62,848 bases of DNA from an uncultured Candidatus Saccharibacteria bacterium (GTDB taxonomy: Bacteria > Patescibacteriota > Minisyncoccia > Phycocordibacterales > UBA9973): assembly GCA_964533145.1 (NCBI GenBank), contig CAZHLG010000001.1:1-62848 (forward strand), given 5' to 3'. The notes under the pieces are model-generated. The model saw nothing but the letters and a program-made list of their open reading frames with translations. It did not search any database and was not told the DNA's origin. The position numbers were made by a program, and so were the translations under genes. Positions within the stretch are counted from its first letter, which is position 1, and each line of letters opens with the position of its first letter. Of this stretch, positions 16,244 to 24,737 are shown piece by piece.

Positions 16244-18019
16244 ATGACGCAGGCGCAGGCGCTGGCCATCATGAAGACGGGCGTGAATGTCTATTTGACC
16301 GGTTCTGCCGGTTCGGGCAAGACGCATACGCTCCGCGAGTACATCAAGTGGCTCGATTCGCACAGCATATCTGTTGCTGTGACGGCCTCGACCGGCATTG
16401 CTGCGACGCATATGAACGGACAGACGATCCATGGATGGGCTGGCATCGGCATCCGTGAGTATCTGTCCGAAAGCGATCTTGACTACATTGAGCAGAAGCA
16501 ATATCTCTGGCAGCGGTTCCAAAAGGCGCGGGTGCTCATCATCGACGAGGTATCCATGCTGCATGCGCACCGTCTCGATATGGTTGATCGCGTGTGCCGG
16601 CGCTTCAAGCGCAGCGACGCGCCGTTCGGCGGGCTGCAGGTGATCCTTTCCGGGGATTTTTTTCAGCTGCCGCCGGTGACCAAGGGTGGGTTTGCCGGGG
16701 TTGTGCGCGACGGGGCGGCGCGGCAGGCAAAGCCTGCCGCGCCGCAAGGCGACCTCTTTTACGATTACGAAACCGGCCTGGTGTCCGAGCCGGATTATGC
16801 CGAAGCGGAACTTCCGGCAAGCGATCTGATCGTTCACAGCCGCGCATGGAAAGCAATGAAGCCTGCCATTTGCTATCTGACAGAGCAGCATCGCCAAGAA
16901 GACGAGGCGTTCCTTGAGGTGCTCAACGCCATCCGTGCCGATGCCGTGGACGAGCTGCACATTGAGCGCATCGAGGAGCGCCTGCATGCCTCCGTGGACG
17001 CCGCGCTCCCGACCAAGCTCTATACGCATAATGTCGATGTGGATGCCATCAATCTTGCCGAGCTCGCCAAACTGCCCGGACAGCCCAAAGAATTCGTCAT
17101 GGCGGGCCGAGGTCGTGACGTGCTTGTCGACGCGCTCAAAAAGTCATGCCTGGCCCCCGAAGTGCTCAAACTCAAGGAGGGGGCCGAGGTGATGTTCATC
17201 AAAAACAACTACGAGGCCGGCTATGTGAACGGCACCCGCGGCAAGGTCGTCGGTTTCGACGCCCGAGGCGAGCCGGTCGTGGAGACGTATGCTACCGGCC
17301 GTCGCATCACCGCTGCTGCGAGCGATTGGGAAGTGGAGGAGAACGGCCGCATCAAGGCGTCCATCACTCAGTATCCACTGCGGCTTGCGTGGGCGATCAC
17401 CATTCATAAAAGCCAGGGTATGAGCCTTGATTCCGCCGAAATAGACCTGTCCAAGACGTTTGCCTACGGTATGGGCTACGTGGCGCTTTCGCGTGTCCGT
17501 ACGCTCGCGGGGATACGTCTTGTCGGCTTTACGCCCGGCGCGCTGCGGATGGACCCGGAGGCGCTCGCGCTCGACGAGACGCTCCGCGAGGAAAGCGCGG
17601 CGAACGAGGCACTGTTCGGAAAACTCTCTGCCGCCGAACACGCGGCGCTTGAGCGTGATTTTATCCTGCGCATGGGAGGCACGGTTCTTGCGGAAGAAGA
17701 CGCTCCGCCGAAAGCCCGTCGTACGAAATCCGGAAAAGAGCCGGATCCCGAATGGTCGGCAAAAATGGAAAAAGTCCGTGCCGTATATCCGAATGCCTCA
17801 AAGCCGTGGCGTGCGGAAGAAGATGCGCGTCTGATCCAGGAATGGAAGGATGGCACAGGTATCGAAGAGCTGGCCGCGCTCGTCGGACGCAAGCCGAGCT
17901 CGATCATGCTGCGTCTCGTGAAGCACGGACTTGTTGAACCGGACGAAGACACAAAAAAGTTCTTGGAGCGGCAGACCTCTCGCCGCACAAAAGACACAGC
18001 AGCAAAAAAGCCTGAATAG
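16244..18019 (+). CDS. PIF1/RecD-family SF1B DNA helicase with a C-terminal HTH-like tail
   Basis: Walker A GSAGSGKT, Walker B IIDEVSM, and motifs GDFFQLPPV, TIHKSQGMSLD, YVALSRVR. The C-terminal tail contains WRAEEDARLIQEWKDGTGIEELAALVGRKPSSIMLRL. Confidence 0.88.
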   Translation: MTQAQALAIMKTGVNVYLTGSAGSGKTHTLREYIKWLDSHSISVAVTASTGIAATHMNGQTIHGWAGIGIREYLSESDLDYIEQKQYLWQRFQKARVLIIDEVSMLHAHRLDMVDRVCRRFKRSDAPFGGLQVILSGDFFQLPPVTKGGFAGVVRDGAARQAKPAAPQGDLFYDYETGLVSEPDYAEAELPASDLIVHSRAWKAMKPAICYLTEQHRQEDEAFLEVLNAIRADAVDELHIERIEERLHASVDAALPTKLYTHNVDVDAINLAELAKLPGQPKEFVMAGRGRDVLVDALKKSCLAPEVLKLKEGAEVMFIKNNYEAGYVNGTRGKVVGFDARGEPVVETYATGRRITAAASDWEVEENGRIKASITQYPLRLAWAITIHKSQGMSLDSAEIDLSKTFAYGMGYVALSRVRTLAGIRLVGFTPGALRMDPEALALDETLREESAANEALFGKLSAAEHAALERDFILRMGGTVLAEEDAPPKARRTKSGKEPDPEWSAKMEKVRAVYPNASKPWRAEEDARLIQEWKDGTGIEELAALVGRKPSSIMLRLVKHGLVEPDEDTKKFLERQTSRRTKDTAAKKPE

Positions 18020-18040
18020 ACGCTAAGGCGTATGTTACGG

Positions 18041-18078
18041 AAAAAGCGCGGTCGCTTCGCAGCGAAACCGCGCTTTTT
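18041..18078 (+). terminator. Intrinsic (bidirectional-shaped) terminator
   Basis: Sequence aaaaagcgcggt...accgcgcttttt. Confidence 0.8.
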
Positions 18079-18239
18079 CCAAGTACGGCATCTGAAATAA
18101 AGATAGTCGGATGCCGCAATGTCCGTGAAAGAACCTTTATGCGATTATACGCTAACGGCTTAAAATTTTTCTAAACTCTCGATAGGGAAAGGATAAAAGC
18201 CGCTCCCCAGAAAAGTTTTGCACGAAAAAGAGCGCACGA

Positions 18240-18245
18240 TACACT
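18240..18245 (+). promoter_or_regulatory. -10 box TACACT, 6 nt before the ATG at 18252
   Basis: Sequence reads cgaTACACTccgcgcATG. Confidence 0.45.
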
Positions 18246-18251
18246 CCGCGC

Positions 18252-21200
18252 ATGCTTACTCATAAACGCAAGACTTTCATTTTGGTTTTTTCTGTCGTTG
18301 CGGCCTGCGCGGCGTTCGCTGTCCGAGTCGCGGCTTCGGAGGATGCCGTGCGCGACATCGTCTCTGACACCACTTGGACCTTGGAGGGAAGCCCGTATCT
18401 GATCGAGGGCGCCGTATATGTGCAGGACGGCGCAACTCTCGCCGTAGAACCGGGCGTCGTGGTCATGTTCGGTCCGGATGCGTCGCTTGTCGTCAAAGGC
18501 TCGTTTGCTGTGTCCGGCACTGCAGACGAGCCGGTTCGATTCAGTTCCGTTGCCGATGGCTCCGCGACATCTCCGCGGGCGGGCGATTATTCAGGTATCG
18601 TGATCCAGGAAGGCGCGCACGCCTCGTTTCGGTACGCCGATATTCGGTATGCGACCGTCGCTCTTTCCGTGCGGGGAGACCTTTCGTTAGAGGATTCGCG
18701 TTTGAGTTACAACACGCACGGATTGCTACAGACAGCCGGGTCTCTTGCTGTCGTACGGAGCACGTTTTCGGATAATTACATTCCGCTCAAAATATCGTTT
18801 GCCGTAGATTTTGCATGTACGGACGCGCGGTTCTCCGGCAATGCGTTCGATGGCATCGGTGTCGGGTCGTACCGCGACGAAGACGGAGACATCGTTTTTC
18901 CTTCGTGCGGGACACCGTACTACCTGCTCTCTGACATCCTCATGCATGGCAGTTCTGTCTCGTTCGAGCCCGGTGTCGAACTGCTGCTCCCTCCGGAAGC
19001 GTTCGGCGAACCGCAGATTGTCATGTATGGCGGCTTTATCAATGCCGTCGGTGCCGAGAACGCGGTGGTTTCCATCGCGCCGCATCTGCAAGGATACGCG
19101 GGTGTCGATGTGGAGTTCAGCCATGCTGATGCCGCGTACTTCGACCTTTCCGGGAATGCCGTGCTTTCGATGCACAATTCCGTGTCTGCTGGATTCCGTA
19201 TCGCCGACCATTCGACGGCTGTGGTCCGCGATACTGCTTTTGTCCTCGACATGACAGGCATCGATGTCTCCGGATCGAGTGAACTCGACATGCGGGATAG
19301 TTCCATTGCCGATCCTGTGCGCAACGAGGCCTCCCAGGGTGCGCTTATGATCAATCACGTATCGTCGGCGTACCTTGAAAATGTCGCCATAGCATCCGTG
19401 AATACTGCGGTGAGCGTGTATAAAAACAGCATGTTCGAGGGCTACCGTATCGGCGTGATGAGCACGGACGATGATGCGTTCGATCTCGGGTCGGACATAT
19501 TGCAATATACGGAAGCGAGTCGTGTAAAACTTCGGTATAGCCGGATCACCGGGTCGCTGCATGGTTTTAAAACGAGCGATATGGTTCCGCTGAACGACAT
19601 TGAATTCAATGCAATTGAGGGCAATCAGTACGGTGCGTTCAACCGCGGCATTGCGCCTGCGCTCTTTGCGAATAATTGGTGGGGTGATCCGACTGGACCC
19701 ACTCATGCCGGACAAAACCCTGATGGATTGGGCGATACTGTGACTGACGGTATTGTTTTTACGCCGTGGCTCACGTATGACCCCGCTCCGGACATCGAGT
19801 TTCCGAACATCGGCACGCAAGAAGAAGTTGATGATGCATTGGACGATGAAGAGTCCGAAGCGCAGCCTGATGGTACGGGAAGCGATACGGGTGATTCTGA
19901 GCCGGACGATGGTTCCAGCGGCGAGTCGCATAATGGCGGAGGCGAAGAAAGCCAGGATGCCACGCCACTGCCCGTTCCGGGCGGCGGTGGGGGAGGAGGT
20001 GGAATTCCGCCGAGCCCCGCACCTGTCCCCGAGCGAGCGCGCCCGGTGATTATCATCCCTGGCATTCTTGGTACGGAGCTTTTTCTCGATGCGTCACGCC
20101 TCTGGCTTGATATCGTGCGCACTGTGTCTGATAGGGGCGATCAGTTCATGGACCCGCTTGCTTTCACCGAACAACTGCGTCCTTCCGTCGCCGGTGTGCG
20201 AGCCGGAGACATCGTACGCGAAAAACTTGTCGTGTTCGGCAAGCCGCATTTTGATTATTCCCAGAAATTGCTGGACGAGCTCGCAGCGCGCGGGTATCGC
20301 GAAGGTGCTGACGTATTCGTATTTCCGTACGATTGGCGGTACGGCGTCGAGCATGCTGCTGCGGATTTGGCGCAGACCGTCGACACCGTCCTCCGTGAGA
20401 CCGGAAGCGACACTGTCGACATTGTGGCGCACAGTATGGGCGGGCTTGTGCTCAAAAAATACGCCATGAGCCGAGCATCCGAAAGCCATATCGGCAAAGC
20501 GATACTCGTCGGCGTGCCGCAGACAGGCGCCCCGCAGGCGGCAAAAACCCTGCTTGAGGGCTCATCATTCGGAGTCCCGTTCCTTTCTGAGAAAGAAATC
20601 AAAAAACTCGCTCGGAATATGCCGTCGGTGCATGATCTGCTGCCGAGCCGCAGATATGTCGCACAGAACGGCGGATATGCATCGGTTTTCGGCGGAGCTG
20701 GAGGCGCGGAGCCGATCATGCTTTCGTTCGAATCGACAACGCAGTATCTGATCGACGATCACGGCCAGAACGCAGCTGCGCTCGCTGCGGCGGATGCGCT
20801 GCACTCCGATGCGTTCGATGCGTACGATCTGCGTTCTTCGGGCATCGATGTGTATGCCATCAACGGATGCCGGGCAGGGACCATAGGTGCGTTCTCGGAG
20901 AGTCGAGGTTCTGGTGCGGATGCACAACCTGCATCATATGCGATCATCAGCGAAGTCCCTGGAGACGGCATTGTGCCGCTTGCGAGTGCTTCCGATGTCG
21001 GTGTCGACCGGTCGAAGGAGTATTACGCCCTCTCCGGAACGCATACGGCAATGCTTGTGCACGACGGCGTCCGGCGCACTATCGCAGGGATCCTGTCGGG
21101 CGAGACGGTTTCGGCTTTCGGTGATATCACCCAGGACAGTTCCTTGTGCGGTCTCAACGGGAAATTCATATCGGTCTCCGGACCGCTGTCTCTTGAGGTG

Positions 21201-21743
21201 ACGGATCAGTATGGCAACCGTGCCGTTTTTGACGCTGAGAATGACGCTGTCGAAAACACCATTCCGAATGCTGATTATCAGATCTTTGGCGGACGGACTT
21301 TCGTGTATGTTCCGACTGATGCAGGACAGCTCTATGATGTCAGGGTTCAGGCGACAGGAACAGGGACTGCTTCGGTGACGGTTGAAACGATCGCTCGTAG
21401 CAGTCCCAGTGCCACTGAATCTTTCAGGGACATACTGGTCAAGCAGGGGCTTTCCGGACATATATATCTTGAGGATCCCGCACGTTTCGTATTTGATATC
21501 GACAGTGCTTTGATTGAGGCGCACGATGTCTCTATCAGCAGTCTTCAGGATGATAGTCCCAGCGAGACTCCGGCGGGTGTCGTGTCCACGGAAGCGATTG
21601 AGCCGATACGCACGGCACGCCTGAAAAACGGGGCTTCTGCGATAGGGAGCGGGTATATGCCGTCCAAAGCCGCTCTATTCTCCGTCAGTGCGCTCATGGT
21701 TGCTCTTGCGCTCATATTCCTTCGGAGGCGGGGAGGCGAGTAG
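18252..21743 (+). CDS. Giant cell-surface protein (1163 aa): signal peptide, parallel beta-helix repeats, acidic/poly-Gly linker, alpha/beta-hydrolase (lipase/LCAT/PGAP1-like) domain, C-terminal TM anchor
   Basis: N-terminal signal/TM. The beta-helix end motif is NNWWGDPTGP...FTPWL, followed by a D/E-rich linker and GGGGGGGG. PVIIIPGILGTEL and the nucleophile elbow AHSMGG mark the hydrolase domain. The C-terminus is LFSVSALMVALALIFLRRRGGE. Confidence 0.85.
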   Translation: MLTHKRKTFILVFSVVAACAAFAVRVAASEDAVRDIVSDTTWTLEGSPYLIEGAVYVQDGATLAVEPGVVVMFGPDASLVVKGSFAVSGTADEPVRFSSVADGSATSPRAGDYSGIVIQEGAHASFRYADIRYATVALSVRGDLSLEDSRLSYNTHGLLQTAGSLAVVRSTFSDNYIPLKISFAVDFACTDARFSGNAFDGIGVGSYRDEDGDIVFPSCGTPYYLLSDILMHGSSVSFEPGVELLLPPEAFGEPQIVMYGGFINAVGAENAVVSIAPHLQGYAGVDVEFSHADAAYFDLSGNAVLSMHNSVSAGFRIADHSTAVVRDTAFVLDMTGIDVSGSSELDMRDSSIADPVRNEASQGALMINHVSSAYLENVAIASVNTAVSVYKNSMFEGYRIGVMSTDDDAFDLGSDILQYTEASRVKLRYSRITGSLHGFKTSDMVPLNDIEFNAIEGNQYGAFNRGIAPALFANNWWGDPTGPTHAGQNPDGLGDTVTDGIVFTPWLTYDPAPDIEFPNIGTQEEVDDALDDEESEAQPDGTGSDTGDSEPDDGSSGESHNGGGEESQDATPLPVPGGGGGGGGIPPSPAPVPERARPVIIIPGILGTELFLDASRLWLDIVRTVSDRGDQFMDPLAFTEQLRPSVAGVRAGDIVREKLVVFGKPHFDYSQKLLDELAARGYREGADVFVFPYDWRYGVEHAAADLAQTVDTVLRETGSDTVDIVAHSMGGLVLKKYAMSRASESHIGKAILVGVPQTGAPQAAKTLLEGSSFGVPFLSEKEIKKLARNMPSVHDLLPSRRYVAQNGGYASVFGGAGGAEPIMLSFESTTQYLIDDHGQNAAALAAADALHSDAFDAYDLRSSGIDVYAINGCRAGTIGAFSESRGSGADAQPASYAIISEVPGDGIVPLASASDVGVDRSKEYYALSGTHTAMLVHDGVRRTIAGILSGETVSAFGDITQDSSLCGLNGKFISVSGPLSLEVTDQYGNRAVFDAENDAVENTIPNADYQIFGGRTFVYVPTDAGQLYDVRVQATGTGTASVTVETIARSSPSATESFRDILVKQGLSGHIYLEDPARFVFDIDSALIEAHDVSISSLQDDSPSETPAGVVSTEAIEPIRTARLKNGASAIGSGYMPSKAALFSVSALMVALALIFLRRRGGE

Positions 21744-21776
21744 CAAGCCCCAGTTCTCTCCGACTAGCGGCTGTGC

Positions 21777-21782
21777 TAGAAT
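21777..21782 (+). promoter_or_regulatory. Extended -10 TGcTAGAAT, 6 nt before the ATG at 21789
   Basis: Sequence reads gTGcTAGAATgccggcATG. Confidence 0.5.
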
Positions 21783-21788
21783 GCCGGC

Positions 21789-22619
21789 ATGGAAGTCACA
21801 AAAATCGACGGTTCGAAAGAACGGTTCAGCCCCGCGAAATTGTGCCTCTCGATGCGCAAGGCTGGCGCTCCGCGCGATGTCGCGGACAAGATTTGCAAGG
21901 CTGTCGAGACCAAAGTCAATCCGAACGATTCGACGACAGCAATCTTCCGCAAGGCTCTGAAGCATCTCATGCGCGAAAGCCCCGATGTTGCGGCACGGTA
22001 CAGCCTGCGCCGCGGCCTTGAGGCGCTCGGTCCGGCCGGATTCATCTTCGAGCAGTATTTCGAGACGGTGCTGCAGGCGTATGACTTCAAAACGAAGCGC
22101 AATGTCATGCTCAAAGGAAAGTGCGTGACGCATGAGATCGATGTGATAGCCGAGAGCGGCTCGAAGCGTTTCTTGGTCGAAGCTAAATACCATAAGGAGC
22201 CCGGCATGCGCACGCATGTGGACGTTGTCATGTATGCCGACGCGCGCCTGATGGACATCGTCCGCAATGAGCCTGAAGAGAAACGCAAGGCGTACGAATA
22301 CGCCATGTGGCTCGTCACCAACACGAAATTCACCGAGACCGCCATCAAATACGCCCAATGCCGGGGTCTTCGCCTGACCGGATGGAATCATCCGCGCGGC
22401 GCAAGCCTCGAGGACGTGATCGCAGACAAGAAGCTGTATCCTGTCACTATTCTGCCGTCTGTGCCGTCGTCGCTCATGCCCGAGTTCGCCAAACGGAATG
22501 TCATGCTCGCCCAGGACTTGCTCACGTATTCGGCCAAGGATCTGGCGCGTTCATTCAAGATTCCGCCCGAGACCGCTGAGAAGATCATCGCCGAGGTGCA
22601 CGCAATAGTCAGCCAGTAA
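21789..22619 (+). CDS. ATP-cone domain fused to a PD-(D/E)xK (Mrr-like restriction endonuclease fold) domain, with a C-terminal HhH-like tail
   Basis: ATP-cone start (VTKIDGSKERFSPAKL) and nuclease core (GFIFEQYF..HEIDVIAE..FLVEAKYH). Confidence 0.75.
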   Translation: MEVTKIDGSKERFSPAKLCLSMRKAGAPRDVADKICKAVETKVNPNDSTTAIFRKALKHLMRESPDVAARYSLRRGLEALGPAGFIFEQYFETVLQAYDFKTKRNVMLKGKCVTHEIDVIAESGSKRFLVEAKYHKEPGMRTHVDVVMYADARLMDIVRNEPEEKRKAYEYAMWLVTNTKFTETAIKYAQCRGLRLTGWNHPRGASLEDVIADKKLYPVTILPSVPSSLMPEFAKRNVMLAQDLLTYSAKDLARSFKIPPETAEKIIAEVHAIVSQ

Positions 22620-22622
22620 GCC

Positions 22623-23312
22623 ATGCAGCACTCTCTCGGCACTTTGTACGTGGTCGCAACGCCCATCGGCAATATGGAGGATATCACGCTGCGGGCACTT
22701 CGTGTCCTCGGCGAGGTTTCGCTCGTGCTTTCGGAGGATACGCGTCATACCCGGCTGCTGCTCGACAGGCACAACATCAAAGCCAAGACCGAAAGCTATC
22801 ACGCGCATTCGACCGATGCGAAAATGCATGCCATAGCGAAACGCCTTGCGGCGGGGGATGATCTTGCGCTGGTCTCCGATGCCGGAACGCCGCTCGTGTC
22901 AGATCCCGGTTCGCCGCTCCTGTCGTATCTGCGCAGCGAGTTCGGCGCAGACCTTCGCATCGTGCCGATCCCCGGCGCAAGCGCGCTGACGGCCGCGCTG
23001 TCAGTGATTCCGGTGCCGGGCGGACGCTTCACATTCCTCGGATTTCTGCCGCACAAGAAAGGCAGACAGACGGCAATCAGGCGCATGCGGGAAGCCGGGG
23101 AGGCGCATGTGTGCTATGAGTCTTCGCATCGCATTCTCAAGCTCATGCACGAGCTTGCAGCGGAGTATCCGGAAGCCCATGTGTGGATCGCGCGCGAACT
23201 CACCAAGCAATTTGAAGAAATCCTCGAAGGCTCTCCGGCTGAGCTTGCTTCCGTGCTTGAGTCTCAGCCCCTGAAACAGAAAGGGGAATTTGTAGTGATT
23301 GTTGGCGCATAG
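22623..23312 (+). CDS. rsmI: 16S rRNA (cytidine1402-2'-O)-methyltransferase
   Basis: Motifs LYVVATPIGNMEDITLRALRVL, LVSDAGTPLVSDPG, YESSHRI. Confidence 0.92.
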   Translation: MQHSLGTLYVVATPIGNMEDITLRALRVLGEVSLVLSEDTRHTRLLLDRHNIKAKTESYHAHSTDAKMHAIAKRLAAGDDLALVSDAGTPLVSDPGSPLLSYLRSEFGADLRIVPIPGASALTAALSVIPVPGGRFTFLGFLPHKKGRQTAIRRMREAGEAHVCYESSHRILKLMHELAAEYPEAHVWIARELTKQFEEILEGSPAELASVLESQPLKQKGEFVVIVGA

Positions 23313-23318
23313 TATACT
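23313..23318 (+). promoter_or_regulatory. -10 box TATACT, 6 nt before the ATG at 23325
   Basis: Sequence reads tagTATACTgcgcccATG. Confidence 0.45.
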
Positions 23319-23324
23319 GCGCCC

Positions 23325-23555
23325 ATGAGATTGATACAGGAAAAAACCATCGTCGGGCTCGGAGTCGTGCTTGCAGTGCTGCCATTCACCGGATTCCCGC
23401 GCAGTTGGAAAACTGCCGTGTCGGCCGCGATCGGCATCGTGCTCGTGTATGTTGGGGCGCTTCTGCTCAAGGCTGCTCGCACCCGCATTCGGATGGAACA
23501 GCCTGAAATGAAGACCGAGACCTTTACCGAAATTCGCGTCGAAGCTGCCGAGTAG
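23325..23555 (+). CDS. Small membrane protein (76 aa, 2 TM)
   Basis: Two hydrophobic helices. No known motif. Confidence 0.55.
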   Translation: MRLIQEKTIVGLGVVLAVLPFTGFPRSWKTAVSAAIGIVLVYVGALLLKAARTRIRMEQPEMKTETFTEIRVEAAE

Positions 23556-23558
23556 TCT

Positions 23559-24695
23559 ATGGACAAAATCCGCGACGCCAAGACCGCAGCTCTCAAGGCT
23601 ATCACCAGGAAACGCGCATTGGCTGCGGCCGGTGCGGTCGTTCTCGTTGCCGCTGCGGCCGGCACTGTTTTTGGCAGCCGCGATTCGTTTTCGATCAAAG
23701 CCGATGTGGAAAAGCAGGATGCCGTGAAGGCTGTTTCGAAAAAAGCGCCTGAGGTCCCGAAGCTTGATGTTGCCTTGTATGACAAGAAAATGCTCGCTCT
23801 CGCGAACATTCCTGCGCCCAAAGTCGCCACTGGCGCATCCGTAGCGACGGGGAGCACTGTCCAGAAAACGCAGCCGTGGCCGACCAAAGCTCCGTATCCG
23901 AAACCGGGTGCGCTGCTGCCGTTCAATCGCATCGTTGCGTATTACGGCAATTTTTACTCGAAAGGCATGGGCGTCCTCGGTGAGTATTCGCCTGACGTGA
24001 TGCTGCAGAAACTCAAGGCTGAGGCTGCGAACTGGCAGGCGGCCGATCCCGAGACTCCGGTCATTCCGGCGATCCATTACATCGCCATCACGGCGCAGGG
24101 CAGTCCGGGCAAGGACGGCAAATACCGCCTCCGCATGCCGGATGATCAGATCGACAAGGCGCTCGAGCTCGCGCAAAAGGTCAACGGTATCGTGTTCATC
24201 GATCTGCAGGTCGGACTTTCCACTGTCGCAGCCGAGCTGCCGGTGTACGAAAAATATCTGAAAATGCCGAACGTCCACCTCGGTCTTGATCCTGAGTTCG
24301 CGATGCAGCCGTCGGGAAAAAAGCCGGGTTCTGTCATCGGAACGATGAGTTCGGCCGACATCAATTACGCCGCCAAATATCTTGCCAAACTTGTAACCGA
24401 AAACAACCTGCCGCCGAAGATCCTCATCGTGCATCGCTTCACTGGTCCAATGGTGACCGGAGCGAGGTCTATCACCCCGCTGCCTGAGGTGCAGATCGTC
24501 ATGGATATGGACGGCTGGGGTTTTGGGGCCAAGAAGATCAATACTTACAATACGGTCGTTGCGGCCGAGCCGGTGCAGTTCACCGGGTTCAAGCTGTTCT
24601 ACAAGAACGATCTTCGGGCGCCGTCCACGCGGCTCCTCACTCCGGCCGAGGTGCTCAGCCTCTCGCCGAAGCCGATTTACATCCAATATCAATAA
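23559..24695 (+). CDS. Membrane-anchored hypothetical protein (378 aa) with a conserved-looking extracytoplasmic domain
   Basis: N-terminal TM (ALAAAGAVVLVAAAAG). The alternating beta/alpha pattern suggests a TIM-barrel-like hydrolase, but this is unverified. Confidence 0.7.
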   Translation: MDKIRDAKTAALKAITRKRALAAAGAVVLVAAAAGTVFGSRDSFSIKADVEKQDAVKAVSKKAPEVPKLDVALYDKKMLALANIPAPKVATGASVATGSTVQKTQPWPTKAPYPKPGALLPFNRIVAYYGNFYSKGMGVLGEYSPDVMLQKLKAEAANWQAADPETPVIPAIHYIAITAQGSPGKDGKYRLRMPDDQIDKALELAQKVNGIVFIDLQVGLSTVAAELPVYEKYLKMPNVHLGLDPEFAMQPSGKKPGSVIGTMSSADINYAAKYLAKLVTENNLPPKILIVHRFTGPMVTGARSITPLPEVQIVMDMDGWGFGAKKINTYNTVVAAEPVQFTGFKLFYKNDLRAPSTRLLTPAEVLSLSPKPIYIQYQ

Positions 24696-24723
24696 CGTGT
24701 TTGCCGCGAAGCTGCCGCTCGCG

Positions 24724-24729
24724 TACAAT
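24724..24729 (+). promoter_or_regulatory. -10 box TACAAT, 8 nt before the ATG at 24738
   Basis: Sequence reads gcgTACAATacttcgagATG. Confidence 0.45.
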
Positions 24730-24737
24730 ACTTCGAG

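Noticed and set aside
19978-20003. G-rich tract (cgggcggcggtgggggaggaggtgga) as a possible G-quadruplex, repeat or phase-variation site.
   Set aside because: It is in frame and encodes the GGGGGGGG linker of the giant surface protein. It is not a homopolymer (mixed GGC/GGT/GGG/GGA codons), so slippage is unlikely.
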